Below the pieces are notes generated by a model. It worked only from the letters and a program-made list of their open reading frames with translations. It ran no database searches and was not told the origin of the DNA. Positions 1-11,882 of a stretch of 64,000 bases of DNA are shown piece by piece. Made by a program: the position numbers and the translations under genes. This DNA is from Octopus vulgaris (lineage: Eukaryota), in assembly GCA_951406725.2 (NCBI GenBank), contig OX597827.1, positions 77,996,001 through 78,060,000 of the forward strand, given 5' to 3'. Position 1 is the first letter of the stretch, and each line of letters begins with the position of its first letter.

Positions 1-490
1 CAAGGAACTGACTTGTGTCTCATCTTTGCCATAAAGTTTCATTTCATCCATGAAGAGGAGGTGGCCGATTGTTTGGGATCTTTCCTTTAGTTGGTACTCC
101 AGGTTCACTTTCTTGAGTACCAAGGTCAGGGGTATCATGCAGAGAAAAAAAAGCAATGGAGATAGGCTGCCACCCTGGAAAATCCCTCTTCAGATACCCA
201 AGGTGCCCAAGCTTTTTTCTGTAAGATGTCAGTTCAGTTTTCCCTCCCACCATACTTCTCTTCAGGAAACACGTTACATTCCTCGTAATTCCAAACAGAT
301 CCAAGCACTCCATGATCCACGATTTGTTCTCCTTCGTTTACAATCTTGGATTACCATTTTGTCTATCAATAGTTGATCTTTGGTACCTCTGCATCTCCTT
401 CTACAGTTCTTTTGTTCTGTCGGTAATATATCGTTTTCATCAAGAAACTTATACAGTTCTTCTGCAATTCCTCCTGACAGTAACTTCCAC
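1..490 (-). mobile_element. R4/Dong-clade non-LTR retrotransposon reverse transcriptase fragment (5'-truncated, frameshifted)
   Basis: Minus-strand translations give [51 protein letters not shown] and HLLFMDDMKLYGKDE across frameshifts, typical RT motifs of this clade. It abuts a (TAA)n tract, the usual target of Dong-like elements. Confidence 0.85.
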
Positions 491-496
491 ATTTAC

Positions 497-600
497 ATTA
501 TTATTATTATTATTACTATCATCATCATCATCATCATCATCATCATCGTCGTCATCGTCGTCATCATCGTCATCATCGTCATCGTCGTCATCATCATCAT

Positions 601-643
<43 letters not shown>

Positions 644-681
644 ATCATCGTCATCATCGTCATCGTCGTCATCATCATCAT

Positions 682-724
<43 letters not shown>

Positions 725-836
725 ATCATCGTCATCATCGTCGTCATCATCGTCATCATCGTCGTCATCGTCGTCATCATCATCATCGTCGTCATCGTCG
801 TCATCATAGTCGTCATCGTCGTTGTCATCATCATTA
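497..836. repeat. Compound trinucleotide microsatellite (TTA)n + (CAT/CGT)n
   Basis: Directly visible. It produces the spurious poly-S, poly-D and poly-IV ORFs. Confidence 0.95.
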
Positions 837-844
837 TTTATATC

Positions 845-1063
845 AAGGCAGTGAGCTGGCAGAATCGTTAGCACACCAGGCAAAATGCTTGGCAGCATTT
901 CATCCGTATTTACGTTTTGAGTTCAAACTCTGCCAAGGTTAACTCTGTCCTTCATCCTTTCGAGGTCAATAAATGAAGTACCTGTTGTGTACTGGGGTCG
1001 CTGTAACTGCCTAGTCCCCTCTCTCCCAAATTTCAGTCCTTGTGCCTTTAATAGAAAAGATTA
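845..1063 (+). mobile_element. SINE family C (tRNA-like head ggcggcgagctggcagaa), diverged copy
   Basis: Matches other copies at 5072-5304(-), 6035-6235(-), 28970-29422(-), 35905-36137(-), 38290-38667(-) and 59944-60125(+); B-box-like gagttcaaa present. Confidence 0.75.
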
Positions 1064-1076
1064 TTTGTATTTGTAG

Positions 1077-1228
1077 GTCGCAAAAAAAAGATATTAACAA
1101 ATACGTTACATGAGGGAGTGATGGTCATGACGAACCCAAAAGACTGCAGGTCTGAGAACAGCTCTTTCTCCGAAGATTCTGACATTTGCATGAAAAGGTT
1201 CATGCCGAAGTTACAAACCACAGCTAAT
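1077..1228 (+). CDS. S1 (trypsin/chymotrypsin-fold) serine protease, penultimate coding exon
   Basis: ttgtag| acceptor and |gtaagt donor. 152 nt, phase 1 in and phase 0 out, open frame (G)RKKKILTNTLHEGVMVMTNPKDCRSENSSFSEDSDICMKRFMPKLQTTAN, with the C168/C182-equivalent cysteines. Splices in frame to the GDSG exon at the classic S1 intron position. Confidence 0.85.
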
Positions 1229-1280
1229 GTAAGTCAATACATTCCGGGTCTCAATTTGTAATTAACTTCAGTAATTAATA

Positions 1281-1691
1281 GGCGCAGGAGTGGCTGTGTG
1301 GTAAGTAGCTTGCTTACCAACCACATGGTACCGGGTTCAGTCCCATTGCATGGTACCTTGGGCAAGTGTCTTCTACTATAGCCTCGGGCCGACCAAAGCC
1401 TTGCGAGTGGATTTGGTAGACGGAAACTGAAAGAAGCCCGTTGTATATATGTATATATATATATATGCGTGTGTGTGTTTGTGTGTCTGTGTTTGTCCCC
1501 CTAGCATTGCTTGACAACCGATGCTGGTTTGTTTATGTCCCTATCACTTAGCGGTTCGGCAAAAGAGACCGATAGAATAAGTACTGGGCTTACAAAGAAT
1601 AAGTCCCGGGGTCGAGTTGCTCGACTAAAGGCTGTGCTCCAGCATGGCCGCAGTCAAATGACTGAAACAAGTAAAAGAGTAAAAGAGTAAG
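1281..1691 (+). mobile_element. SINE family A (tRNA-derived head, internal (TA)/(TG) tract, gagtaaaa tail), full length
   Basis: A/B-box-like head ggcgcaggagtggctgtgtggt...gggttcagtccc. TSD agtaattaata at 1270-1280 and 1692-1702. About 20 copies in the window. Confidence 0.9.
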
Positions 1692-1836
1692 AGTAATTAA
1701 TAACTTTAATTATGATAATTATTTACACCTATTCACGTACAGAATAGTACATCTAATTAGATAGACACAGAGAGACAGACAGACGGATGGACAGTCAAAT
1801 ATATATATATAAAAATCCCAAATTTTATTTAATTTG

Positions 1837-2060
1837 CTTTGCGGGAAGGACCGTTTCAACAAAGTCAGGTCTTTTTGTTGCCTTCGAAATGCGGAGTAGA
1901 TGAAACAGGGACAACTGAAGAAGGGGGATTTTCTTTATGTTGTATGTCTTGTTTCTCTGTTTGTGTTTTGCGTTGTTCGTTTTCTATGTTTTTGTTTTTA
2001 CGTTTTTGTTTCTCATTGTGTTCAACGTTTTTTTGATGTCCTGTACCCATATATGCATGT
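1837..2060 (+). mobile_element. Penelope-like terminal-repeat fragment, family P1
   Basis: Ends in gtcctgtacccatatatgcat + (TA)n. Related copies at 18845-19430, 49935-50090 and 55840-56000. The classification is inferred from the inverted tail arrangement and insertion in TA tracts. Confidence 0.45.
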
Positions 2061-2136
2061 ATATATACATATATATGTAGGCATGTACATATATGTATGT
2101 ATATATGCATATATTTATATATTATTTATATTATAT

Positions 2137-2180
<44 letters not shown>

Positions 2181-2820
2181 TAAATATATAGGCAGATAGA
2201 TAGCTACACGCATACATACATACAGACAGACAGACAGACGTACATAGACAGACTGATAATTATAAAACAGTTGTTTACTGTTTTATTTTTTACTTTTTAC
2301 TTTTATTTATTCATTTATTATTATCAAGTGAGAGAGCAGTGCACGCCATCAAAGTGACACTGGGGTACAATTATAGGAAGCCCATTTTACCCATTATGAC
2401 TGCCTGTCTGATAAGGGTACACTAAACACATGCATCACAACCAAATGTGTGCACAACATGGTGATCTGATATCAAGACAAACAGCGCATGGCCTTGCAGG
2501 TGGGGGTCCAGCTAGAATTTTCTTCAGATCGAGTAACCCTTCCCGCTCAAAAGGTCCCTGAATAAGGGTTGTTTAAGGATGTTGAACGAAGCACCCATGT
2601 TTCCAAAGCTGAATTATTCAAACCCCAAAGAATCCCTCTCAACACATGGCCATGATGCTCCCCCACTACTTCTGCTCGTGATCAGAGATGCACATATCGT
2701 CAGCCACTAAGGGACATGCTCAACTGGTTAAGGTCAAACAACTGACAAGCAAATCTGTGGTATTGAGCAGAATATTTGCTGTATACCAAGACAAAACAAT
2801 GTACATGTTAACACTTCCAA

Positions 2821-2867
<47 letters not shown>

Positions 2868-2901
2868 TTGGTAATTGTTATTGTTTTCTCTTGAATTTCA
2901 G

Positions 2902-3111
2902 GGGGATTCTGGGGCAGGTCTGTTTTGCTACAGTAATGCCAGAAGCAGATACGTCCTGGCTGGAGCAAACTCTGGAGGAATTGGGTATAATTTGACGGTA
3001 TTTAGTAAAATATCATTCTACAGTAAGTGGATACGATCTGTATTTCGTAAGCAGAGAAACGGTGACTTTGATACTGGTGATCCTAATAAAATGATTATCA
3101 GGTCAATTTAA
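2902..3111 (+). CDS. S1 serine protease, catalytic-Ser exon (probable last coding exon)
   Basis: tttcag| acceptor, phase 0. GDSGAGLFCYSNARSRYVLAGANSGGIGYNLTVFSKISFYSKWIRSVF... matches the S1 C-terminal pattern GDSGGPL.C....L.G..S.G....V...V..Y..WI. Stop TAA at 3109-3111. The His/Asp exons lie upstream of the window. Confidence 0.9.
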   Translation, partial: GDSGAGLFCYSNARSRYVLAGANSGGIGYNLTVFSKISFYSKWIRSVFRKQRNGDFDTGDPNKMIIRSI

Positions 3112-3337
3112 TTCTAATTAAAATTTAATCTTAATCGTCCTGATTAATTCTCATTATTGCCTTTGTTTTTGATTATTTTTCTTCGTTTTGATTTATTATC
3201 TTCTTTATGTAATCTCTTAGATTCGAAGTAATCGTTGGTTGATGTGAGCCCCGCTGAGCACAGCTTCAGCTTGGCTACGCTAGCCTCGGTTGAACCAGGC
3301 TTCAATGGTCTTCAGTAAGTTAAGATAAATCTGCACT

Positions 3338-3680
3338 CATCATCATCATCATCATTTAACGTCTGCTTTCCATGCTAGCATGGGTTGGACGATTTGACTG
3401 AGGACTGGCGAACCAGATGGCTGCACCAGGCTCCAGTCTTGATCTGACAGAGTTTCTACAGCTGGATGCCCTTCCTAACGCCAACCACTCCGAAAGTGTA
3501 GTGGGTGCTTTTATGTGCCACTGGCACAGGGCCATTCAGGCGGTACTGGCAAAGACCTCACTCGAATCTTTTACACATGCCACCGGCACAAGTGCCAGTA
3601 AGGCGACACTCGTAACGATCACGCTCGAATGGTGTCTTTTATGTGCCACCGGCACAGAGGCCAGGTAGCCACTCTGGCAA
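3338..3680 (-). mobile_element. SINE family D ((GAT)n tail), partial
   Basis: Inverted match to 27700-28129; a decayed copy lies at 43620-43830. Confidence 0.8.
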
Positions 3681-3979
3681 CGCAGAGGAGTTTAATTCAA
3701 GCTGCACTTGGAAAAGATAAAAACTTTTGACAAGCTGAGTCAATGATTTAGTGTGAAATGTTAGCTCTGCTGTTTCCCTTCAGAAATTCTTTGTTGCAAT
3801 GGCTATGGAGGAAATGGATAAGAAAAATGGATGGTTTGGATGGAGGGGAGGAGGGACAGATAGACGGATGAATGGTTGGAGGGAGAGAGGGATGGGTGGA
3901 GGGAGAGAGAGGGGTGGATGAAAGGAGAGAGGAGTGGAGGGAGAGAGGGATGGATGGATGGATAAAGAGGAGATGGGCT

Positions 3980-4029
<50 letters not shown>

Positions 4030-4584
4030 CAGACAGACAGGCAGACAGGCAGACAGGCAGGCAGACAGACAGACAGATAGATAGATAGATAAATAGACAG
4101 ACAGACAGACAGACAGATAGATTGATAGATAGATCTTTAAACTTGACACAAGGACACAACAGTGTTGCGAGGGGTATAAGTAGGTGTAATTGCTCCAGCA
4201 AGGACAACAGTTAAAATGGTCGTTAATGGTATTCGAGCGGTCATTCCCTCACCTCCAGGCGTAAAAAAAAACCTTCTGAAATTGATGGCTAACTGCAGCA
4301 AGCATTGTAAGGGAGACAATCCATTGTCTAAAGTTACCTCCCTTGTACTCAACACTTCTCGGGTCAGATGAAGATTCGTTGAAATGAGTCTTGAAGGAAG
4401 AAAACGGAAAACGGGATTAATTAATTTATCTTCCATCGAAAATAGTTATTGAACATTAATAGACTGAAATGAAATTCGATCCCGACTTCATTGGAATAAT
4501 ACTGAAAATTCCAGTTTAGAAACGTTTCCATAGCAGAAAACGATTTCCCCGTTTGATCCTCATATTGTCAGGGGCAGCTTAGAA

Positions 4585-4967
4585 GAAGCACTCCGTCGGT
4601 TACGACGACGAGGGTTCCGGTTGATCCGATCAACGGAACAGCCTGCTCGTGAAATTAACGTGTAAGTGGCTGAGCACTCCACAGACACGTGTACCCTTAA
4701 CGTAGTTCTCGGGGATATTCAGCGTGACACAGAGAGTGACAAGGCCGGCCCTTTTGAAATACAGGTACAACAGAAACAGGAAGTAAGAGTGAGAGAAAGT
4801 TGTGGTGAAAGAGTACAGCAGGGATCACCACCACCCCCTGCCGGAGCCTCGTGGAGCTTTAGGAGTTTTCGCTCAATAAACACTCACAACGCCCGGTCTG
4901 GGAATCGAAACCGCGATCCTATGACCGCGAGTTCGCTGCCCTAACCACTGGGCCATTGCGCCTCCAC
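4585..4967 (-). mobile_element. SINE family B (tRNA-derived head ggaggcgcaatggcccagtggttag), full length
   Basis: Near-identical to 35303-35690(+), 50786-51160(+) and 58643-59010(+). A box tggcccagtgg and B box ggtttcgattccc. Confidence 0.9.
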
Positions 4968-5054
4968 GTCACGGACAGCATCACATTTGTAAATCATGTT
5001 GGGCGGAGGTAAAGATCATGGACCGAACCCACTTTACGATTTTTGTTTTTTTTA

Positions 5055-5592
5055 CAGGAACACATTATATCTATTTCTTTACTACCCACAAGGGGCTAAA
5101 CACAGAGGGGACAAACAAGGACAGACAAAGGGATTAAGTCGATTCCATCGGCCCCAGTGCGTAACTGGTACTTATTTAATCGACCCCGAAATGATGAAAG
5201 GCAAAGTCGACCTCGGCGGAATTTGAACTCAGAACGTAACGGCAGACGAAATACCGCTAAGCATTTCGCCCGGCGTGCTAACGTGTCTGCCAGCCCGCCG
5301 CCTTCAGGAACACACTATATCGAGGACGGAGATTCCGAATCTGCAAAAAAATAATAAATAAATTTCACTTCTTGTCACAGGGCGGAGGGGGGGGTGTATT
5401 TAATTTGTTTTTTCAGACTCATAATCTCTGTATTTTTCTACGTATTTCGCCAAAATAAATTTTTTTAAAAAGTGAAAATTTAAGAAATTGGGGTGAGGTG
5501 AGGTGGGGTATTGTGGGTGGATTTAAATTTTGAAATACAGATTATTTTTTACAGATTCGGAATCTCCGCCCTCGATATGGTGTGTTCCTGTA
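5055..5592. mobile_element. MITE-like element with ~50-bp inverted repeats, left repeat interrupted by a SINE C
   Basis: caggaacacactatatcgaggacggagattccgaatctgcaaaaaaataat (5305-5355) is the near-perfect reverse complement of 5541-5592. Confidence 0.6.
5072..5304 (-). mobile_element. SINE family C, full length
   Basis: 17-bp TSD caggaacacaYtatatc at 5055-5071 and 5305-5321. Confidence 0.9.
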
Positions 5593-6548
5593 AAAAAAAA
5601 AAAAAGAAAAAAGAAAACGAAAAAGAAAAAAGAAAAGAAAAAATCTCCAAGAGGGTGCGATCCATGATCTTTACCTCCTTCATCATATGGTATAAACTGT
5701 CCATCAGACAGAAAGAGGAGAGAGATGGAGAGAAAGAGCGAGAGACAGACTGACTGGCAGGCAGGTAGACATAAAAGCTGGGACTTCTTCTTTCTACTTT
5801 ATTACACCTGCCTTCAGTTCTTGTGTCAGACATATCGAGTGGGCTAACTGAGTATCATAACATCATCTTTATTTAACATGGGTCCATATTTAGCAAGTGA
5901 AAGGGACACCAAATTATACAGGAATATGAAGCAGGGATGTTCATTAGTCAGATCCTTACGCCCGATGTCGCGGTTCGCTGGAAATATTGCCCAAATAAAG
6001 AGTTACGTGAAGTGACGTCGACGTAATAACGACTTCAAATTTTGGCACAAGGCCAGCAATTTCGGGAGTTGGGGAGTAAGACAATCACATTGATCCCCAG
6101 TACTCAACTGGTACTTATTTTATCGACCCTGAAAGAATGAAAGGCAAAGTCGGCCTCGGCGGAATTTGAACTCAGAACGTAAAGACGGACGAAATGTCGC
6201 TAAGCATTTTGTCCGGCGTGCTAACGATTCTGCCACGTTCTCCCCACGTTCTACGATGTAATAATGCTGTTAACCCATTAGATGTGTCCGCTGGAGGATG
6301 TAGCTGTTAATTAAGGTAAGGGTTGATGTAATTAATGGGGTTAATTAGAGTAAGAAGGGAAATGTTTTAGGGAATTGTTGCTCGTTGGAAAGAAAAGCTC
6401 TCTTTCTCTGAGAAATGCGGAATGTTTCGGTGTTTTTAAGAACTGTGGAGCTACAAAATGGTGGAAGAAGGACATTAAAATCGGGAGAGAAACGCATTGC
6501 TCTCTCTCTGCTGTTGGGTGGGTGACGACAACCACCACTACTACTACC

Positions 6549-6601
<53 letters not shown>

Positions 6602-7115
6602 TACCACCACAATAAAGATGACGACAACGATGATGATGATGACAGCGATAATCCCGATGCGGATATCTCTCTCCCGGATCAGTGTCAGGAATGTTAAATC
6701 TAAATTTAATTTGCGACATAAAACTGCAAATGGTATGTCATGCTCTTGATGTTAATACTTCTAACGGCCCATAAAATCAATACCAGTCATATACTGGTCC
6801 AATTTATTGGTTTATAATCATGTTGTGAGAGAGAGATTTTATACCAATACCAATCGATTATTGGCATCGATCAGTTTTCAGTGATGTTGTGGCTGTAAAC
6901 ATTTCCTTTGCTTAAAACAAGGCTGTTTATGGTAGATATTGTGTTTCTTTATTACTGAGCGCGGAAACCTTTCAAAATTGCATCTCAGAATGTAAATTTA
7001 CAATACGAAACACTTTAAACTATTTAATTCAGTTCCAATCACTTTGGGGTCAACTTCGATTTCTGTGTTTCAGGGTTCAATTCGCCCCTTTTTCATCTCA
7101 AAGGAATTAACTTGA

Positions 7116-7367
7116 GTGAAGTTCCAAAACGTTTGGCAAGGGTGTAATAAGGGAGGCAACTGTCTAGAATGGATTGTCTCCCTTACAATGCTTGCCGCAG
7201 CAGGCCGACGTTCCATTGGACACCAAAGACGGGGAGGTCGGCTGGAATACCGGAGAGGATTTATTTTGGTATCCGGAGTCGATTACATTCGTATTTACGC
7301 TACAAATCCGATCGGTCATGTTGTAGAAATGGATGAATCAGTTTTCGACATGGCTCTCGTTTTGTAG
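7116..7367 (+). mobile_element. Possible Merlin/ISXO2-like transposase remnant
   Basis: [12 protein letters not shown] resembles the G..VEIDES.F first catalytic motif of IS1595/Merlin transposases; the rest is highly diverged. Confidence 0.35.
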
Positions 7368-7591
7368 AAGAGGTCAAGGACGTTCTCATCTATCCATTTA
7401 TGCGTGTGTAAACGTATACGTATGTGTGTGTGTGTGTGTATGTGTATGTATGTATGTATACTCACACATCCATCCATGCATACATACGTATGTACACACA
7501 CAGATAGACAGACACACACGCGCGCGCGCGCGCACACACACTCACACACACACACACACACACGCACACACACACATACACACGTTGCACA

Positions 7592-7770
7592 GCTCAGAGA
7601 CAGAAAATGGAATTCACGATTTTCTTCATTCAAAATCACTACAATTGTTTCGACTCATTTTCGCACCTGTAGCGCACAGGTGAGATGCTGTGCAATCAAT
7701 CGCCTTGCATCACAGGTGCCTTTTTCAACAAGTCCCTCGCCATGTCTTCTCGCCGTTGCCCTTTGCCTTC
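7592..7770 (-). mobile_element. Penelope-like terminal fragment, family P2 (inverted copy of 9219-9420)
   Basis: Reverse complement aligns to 9219-9420, with a deletion between two cacctg microhomologies. Confidence 0.6.
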
Positions 7771-8520
7771 TCAGAATGCCTGACTGGGCGGTTGTGCCAT
7801 TCTAGCAATTCTCAGGCGAAACTGTGAAGAGGAAGATACACTTTGAACAATGCGTGTGTGGTACAGACATTTATTTCCTTGTATCAGTCATTAGGCTGCG
7901 GCCATACTGGGGCACCGCCTTGACGGGTTTTAGTCGCACGAATCGACTCCAGTTATTCTTCTTAAGCCTGGTACTTATTCTGTCATTCCTTTTTGGCGAA
8001 CTGCTAAGTTGCGCGGGCGTAAAGACATCAACACCGGTTGTCAATCGTGGGTGGAGGAGAAACACACACACATATATATACGACGGACTTCGTTCAGTTT
8101 CCGTCTACGAAATCCATTCACAAAGCTTTGGTTGGACTGACTAGAAGATTCCGTCCATCAAAAAGAAACGATCCCGCCATTGCTTACCGGTATTTCGTCT
8201 CCGTTAACGTTTTGAGTTCGAATTCCGCCATGGTCGACTTTGCCTTTCATCCTTCCAGAGCCGATAAAATTAGTACTAAGTTAGTAGAACGAATTTATTA
8301 AAGTTGAGGAAGTCTGACACACTGACATTCACCCTTATAAGCTTGTATGTATATATGTACATCTATATGTATATATAGGTGTGTACATATGAAACAAAGT
8401 GGAGGCACATGGTCTAGTGGTGAGAGTCGCGGTCGAGGGATCACGGGTTCGAATCTCAGACCGGGCGATGTGTGTGTTTATGAGCGAAACACGGCTCCGG
8501 CAGAAGGTAATGGCGAACTT

Positions 8521-8910
<390 letters not shown>

Positions 8911-9218
8911 CTCCTGTTTCTTTTTCCTGTTTTCTTCCGAACCTTATTTCCTGGCCTGCTTCTTTTCCCCTCACAATCCTTCTAATGGGAGTTTCTAGCC
9001 AAACGAAAACCTTTAAAACCTTTTTGCTTCTATTTATATCTTTATTTTGATTTCCTGCATAGATAAACTATATATTTTTTATTTTGTTTTTGATTTCATG
9101 TATGTTGTATCTATGTATTTTTTTTAATTGGTGTATTCATTTTTTGGATCGTAAATGTGTCTCTCGGTTTCGTCTGAGAACTGCTAGACAGCAGCACCAA
9201 TCTACCTAATCATTATTA

Positions 9219-9420
9219 TAAAGCAAAGTGAAATGACGAGAAGATATAGCGAGGAACTTGTTGAAAAAGTCACCTGAGGAGCAGCCTTTTACACCTGTGA
9301 TGCAAGGCGATTGCTCAGCATCTCACCCGTGAGCTACTGATGCGTAAATGAGTCGAAACAATGGTAGTGATTTTAAATAAAGAATCTCGTGAATTCCATG
9401 TTTCTCCTGTCTCTGATCTG
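9219..9420 (+). mobile_element. Penelope-like terminal fragment, family P2, with hammerhead-like motif
   Basis: gtcac-CTGAGGA-(74 nt)-GAAA-caatgg-TA-gtgat, followed by AATAAA. Confidence 0.55.
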
Positions 9421-9605
9421 TTTCTATAAAAACTTAAGGATGCTACGGAATTCCTGGGGTGATTGCAGTAGCATCGGATTTCTACAGTATGATGACATCA
9501 GGTAACCAGTAACCGCGAACGGGATTTAGACAGCATTACACAAGGCTTTTAACCAAATAAAGCTTATATATATTATGTATGAATGTGTGTATCTCTCTGT
9601 ATACA

Positions 9606-9675
<70 letters not shown>

Positions 9676-9695
9676 CATGTGTGTGTGTGATTGTT

Positions 9696-9767
<72 letters not shown>

Positions 9768-10056
9768 TGTAGTAATAACAATAATAATCCTTGGGTGGAA
9801 TTTATAAACAGTTAAATGTATTTTTTTAAAACCTCTTGTAGAAACGCGCGTAGCGGTGCATTAAAATGTTTATAAATTTCATCGATTATTATTATTATTG
9901 TTGTTGTTGTTGTTGTTGTATTTATCCTACATTATATCGGCACAACTCAGCACAACCCTGTAAAACTGTTATTGCTGGTCGTTATATTTTATGCAAACTC
10001 AAAAACGTTTCGTTAAAAGGATATATAACGAATTAATGGCGCAAAGCAGTGTTTAC

Positions 10057-10348
10057 GTATAATCACAATTTCGGTTAGTTGAAATATGTTTGTCACATAA
10101 TTCAACTGTTAAAGACAAAAACACTGCAGTTACCGTGGAGAAAAAATCTCTCTTATGGTACAAAGGTGTGAAAAGCACCCTGTTCGTTTTCGGGAATCTC
10201 AGACGTCCGAGAGATGGCGACACTGAACGAACTTCACACCCTTTTACCACAAGAGAGATATTTTTCTCCACGGTAAATGCAGTGTATTTGCCTTTAGCAG
10301 CTGAATTATGTGACAAACATATTTCAGCTAATCTAAATTGTGATATAC
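10057..10348. mobile_element. Palindromic MITE (~115-bp imperfect arms)
   Basis: atcacaattt...tgtttgtcacataattca...ccgtggagaaaa...ggtgtgaa is mirrored by ttcacacc...ttttctccacgg...tgaattatgtgacaaaca...aaattgtgat. Confidence 0.75.
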
Positions 10349-11005
10349 ACACACATACTAGCTGAATTGGCTGTCGTTGCCAGGCAATTTTTACAATAGA
10401 ATGTTTTGTATAGATTTTTATTTATTCCCTGCCAGGACACGCCTTCCCCAACAGATAGGCCTCTTGATAAGGACAGATTTGAGCAATTTTTCACCAAAAA
10501 ACTTCAGGATTTTTTCCTTTTTAAATTATTTACGTGTCTGTTCGACCGTTTCACATGACTTTATTCATTAAAACTTCAGAATTTCTTACAACTTTGGTCA
10601 TCGCAATGCTTTGCTTCCGTTTGTTTAATAATTCTTCCTCCTAATGTTTTTGCTTTCATTTCGTGAGAGACAGCTGTCATGCAGAAAATGCCAGCTTCCA
10701 AATCCTATTTTCTGATTTGGTAAAATTGATTAAACTTTCAGCCTCAGTAACATTTTTCTGAAGTTTTTCTGGAACAAATAAATAAATAGTCAAGACTATT
10801 GAAAAGGTTGCAAGACGCAACGAAAATTTTAGGAAAATAAAAATAAGAAATAAGTGGAAATTTTGCAGTGTAAGGCACCAAAAGAGAATGACTCTCCCCA
10901 GACACAACAGAATATGCTTCAACACACGAACTCATATAAAGAATCTTGCAAACCAAATCCCAAAACGACAAATAAATTAAAAAATTGAACTTAACGAGGA
11001 AAATT

Positions 11006-11371
11006 CAGGAATGGCTGTGTGGTAAGTAGCTTGCTTACCAACCACATGGTTCGGGGTTCAGTCCCACTGCGTGGCATCTTGGGCAAGTGTCTTCTACTAT
11101 AGCCTCGGGCCGACCAAAGCCTTGGGAGTGGATTTGGTAGACAGAAACTGAAAGAAGCCTGTCGTATATATGTATATATATGTGTGCGTACGTGTTTGTG
11201 TGTCTGTGTTTGTCCCCCTAGCATTGCTTGACAACTGATGCTGGTGTGTTTACGTCCCCGTCACTACTGGGCTTACAAAGAATAAGTCCCGGGGTCGATT
11301 TGTTCGACTAAAGGCGGTGCTCCAGCATGGCCGCAGTCAAATGACTGAAACAAGTAAAAGAGTAAAAGAGT
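11006..11371 (+). mobile_element. SINE family A copy with internal deletion
   Basis: Aligns to 1281-1691. Confidence 0.9.
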
Positions 11372-11801
11372 ATACCAGATTTGAAAGTTTTGACGTAATT
11401 TTAAAATCTCTCAATATGTGACAGCAACAGGAAAGACCTACAAAAGTAGAGAAACAATCAATTATAGAACGTCACACATTTATAAACGTACACACGAGTT
11501 TAAAATGGTGTTTGGTACACACACACACACACGTATCTTTTATTTTTTATTCATTTCAGTCATGAGACAGCGACCATGCTGGGGCATTGCTTTCAAGATT
11601 TTTTTTTTAATCGAATGAATCGACCGCAGTAGTTATATATTTAAAACCCAGTACTTATTTCGTCGGTCTCCTCCAACCGAAACGCTAAGTCACAGGAACG
11701 TTAACACACCAACACTGGTTGTCAAGCGGTAGTTGCGGATGAACACAGCCGGGAAATTTGACTGGCGACTGTTGGTGCTGCCACCTATAGTTGCTTTCGG
11801 C

Positions 11802-11880
<79 letters not shown>

Positions 11881-11882
11881 TA

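Noticed and set aside
312-898. Poly-Ser, poly-Asp and poly-Ile/Val ORFs resembling acidic biomineral proteins
   Set aside because: They are open in several frames on both strands because of a trinucleotide microsatellite, and they lie in the protease intron next to a LINE truncation point.
1314-1517. Recurrent 'protein family' ORFs such as [15 protein letters not shown] / [38 protein letters not shown]
   Set aside because: Antisense translations of SINE family A copies, not a gene family.
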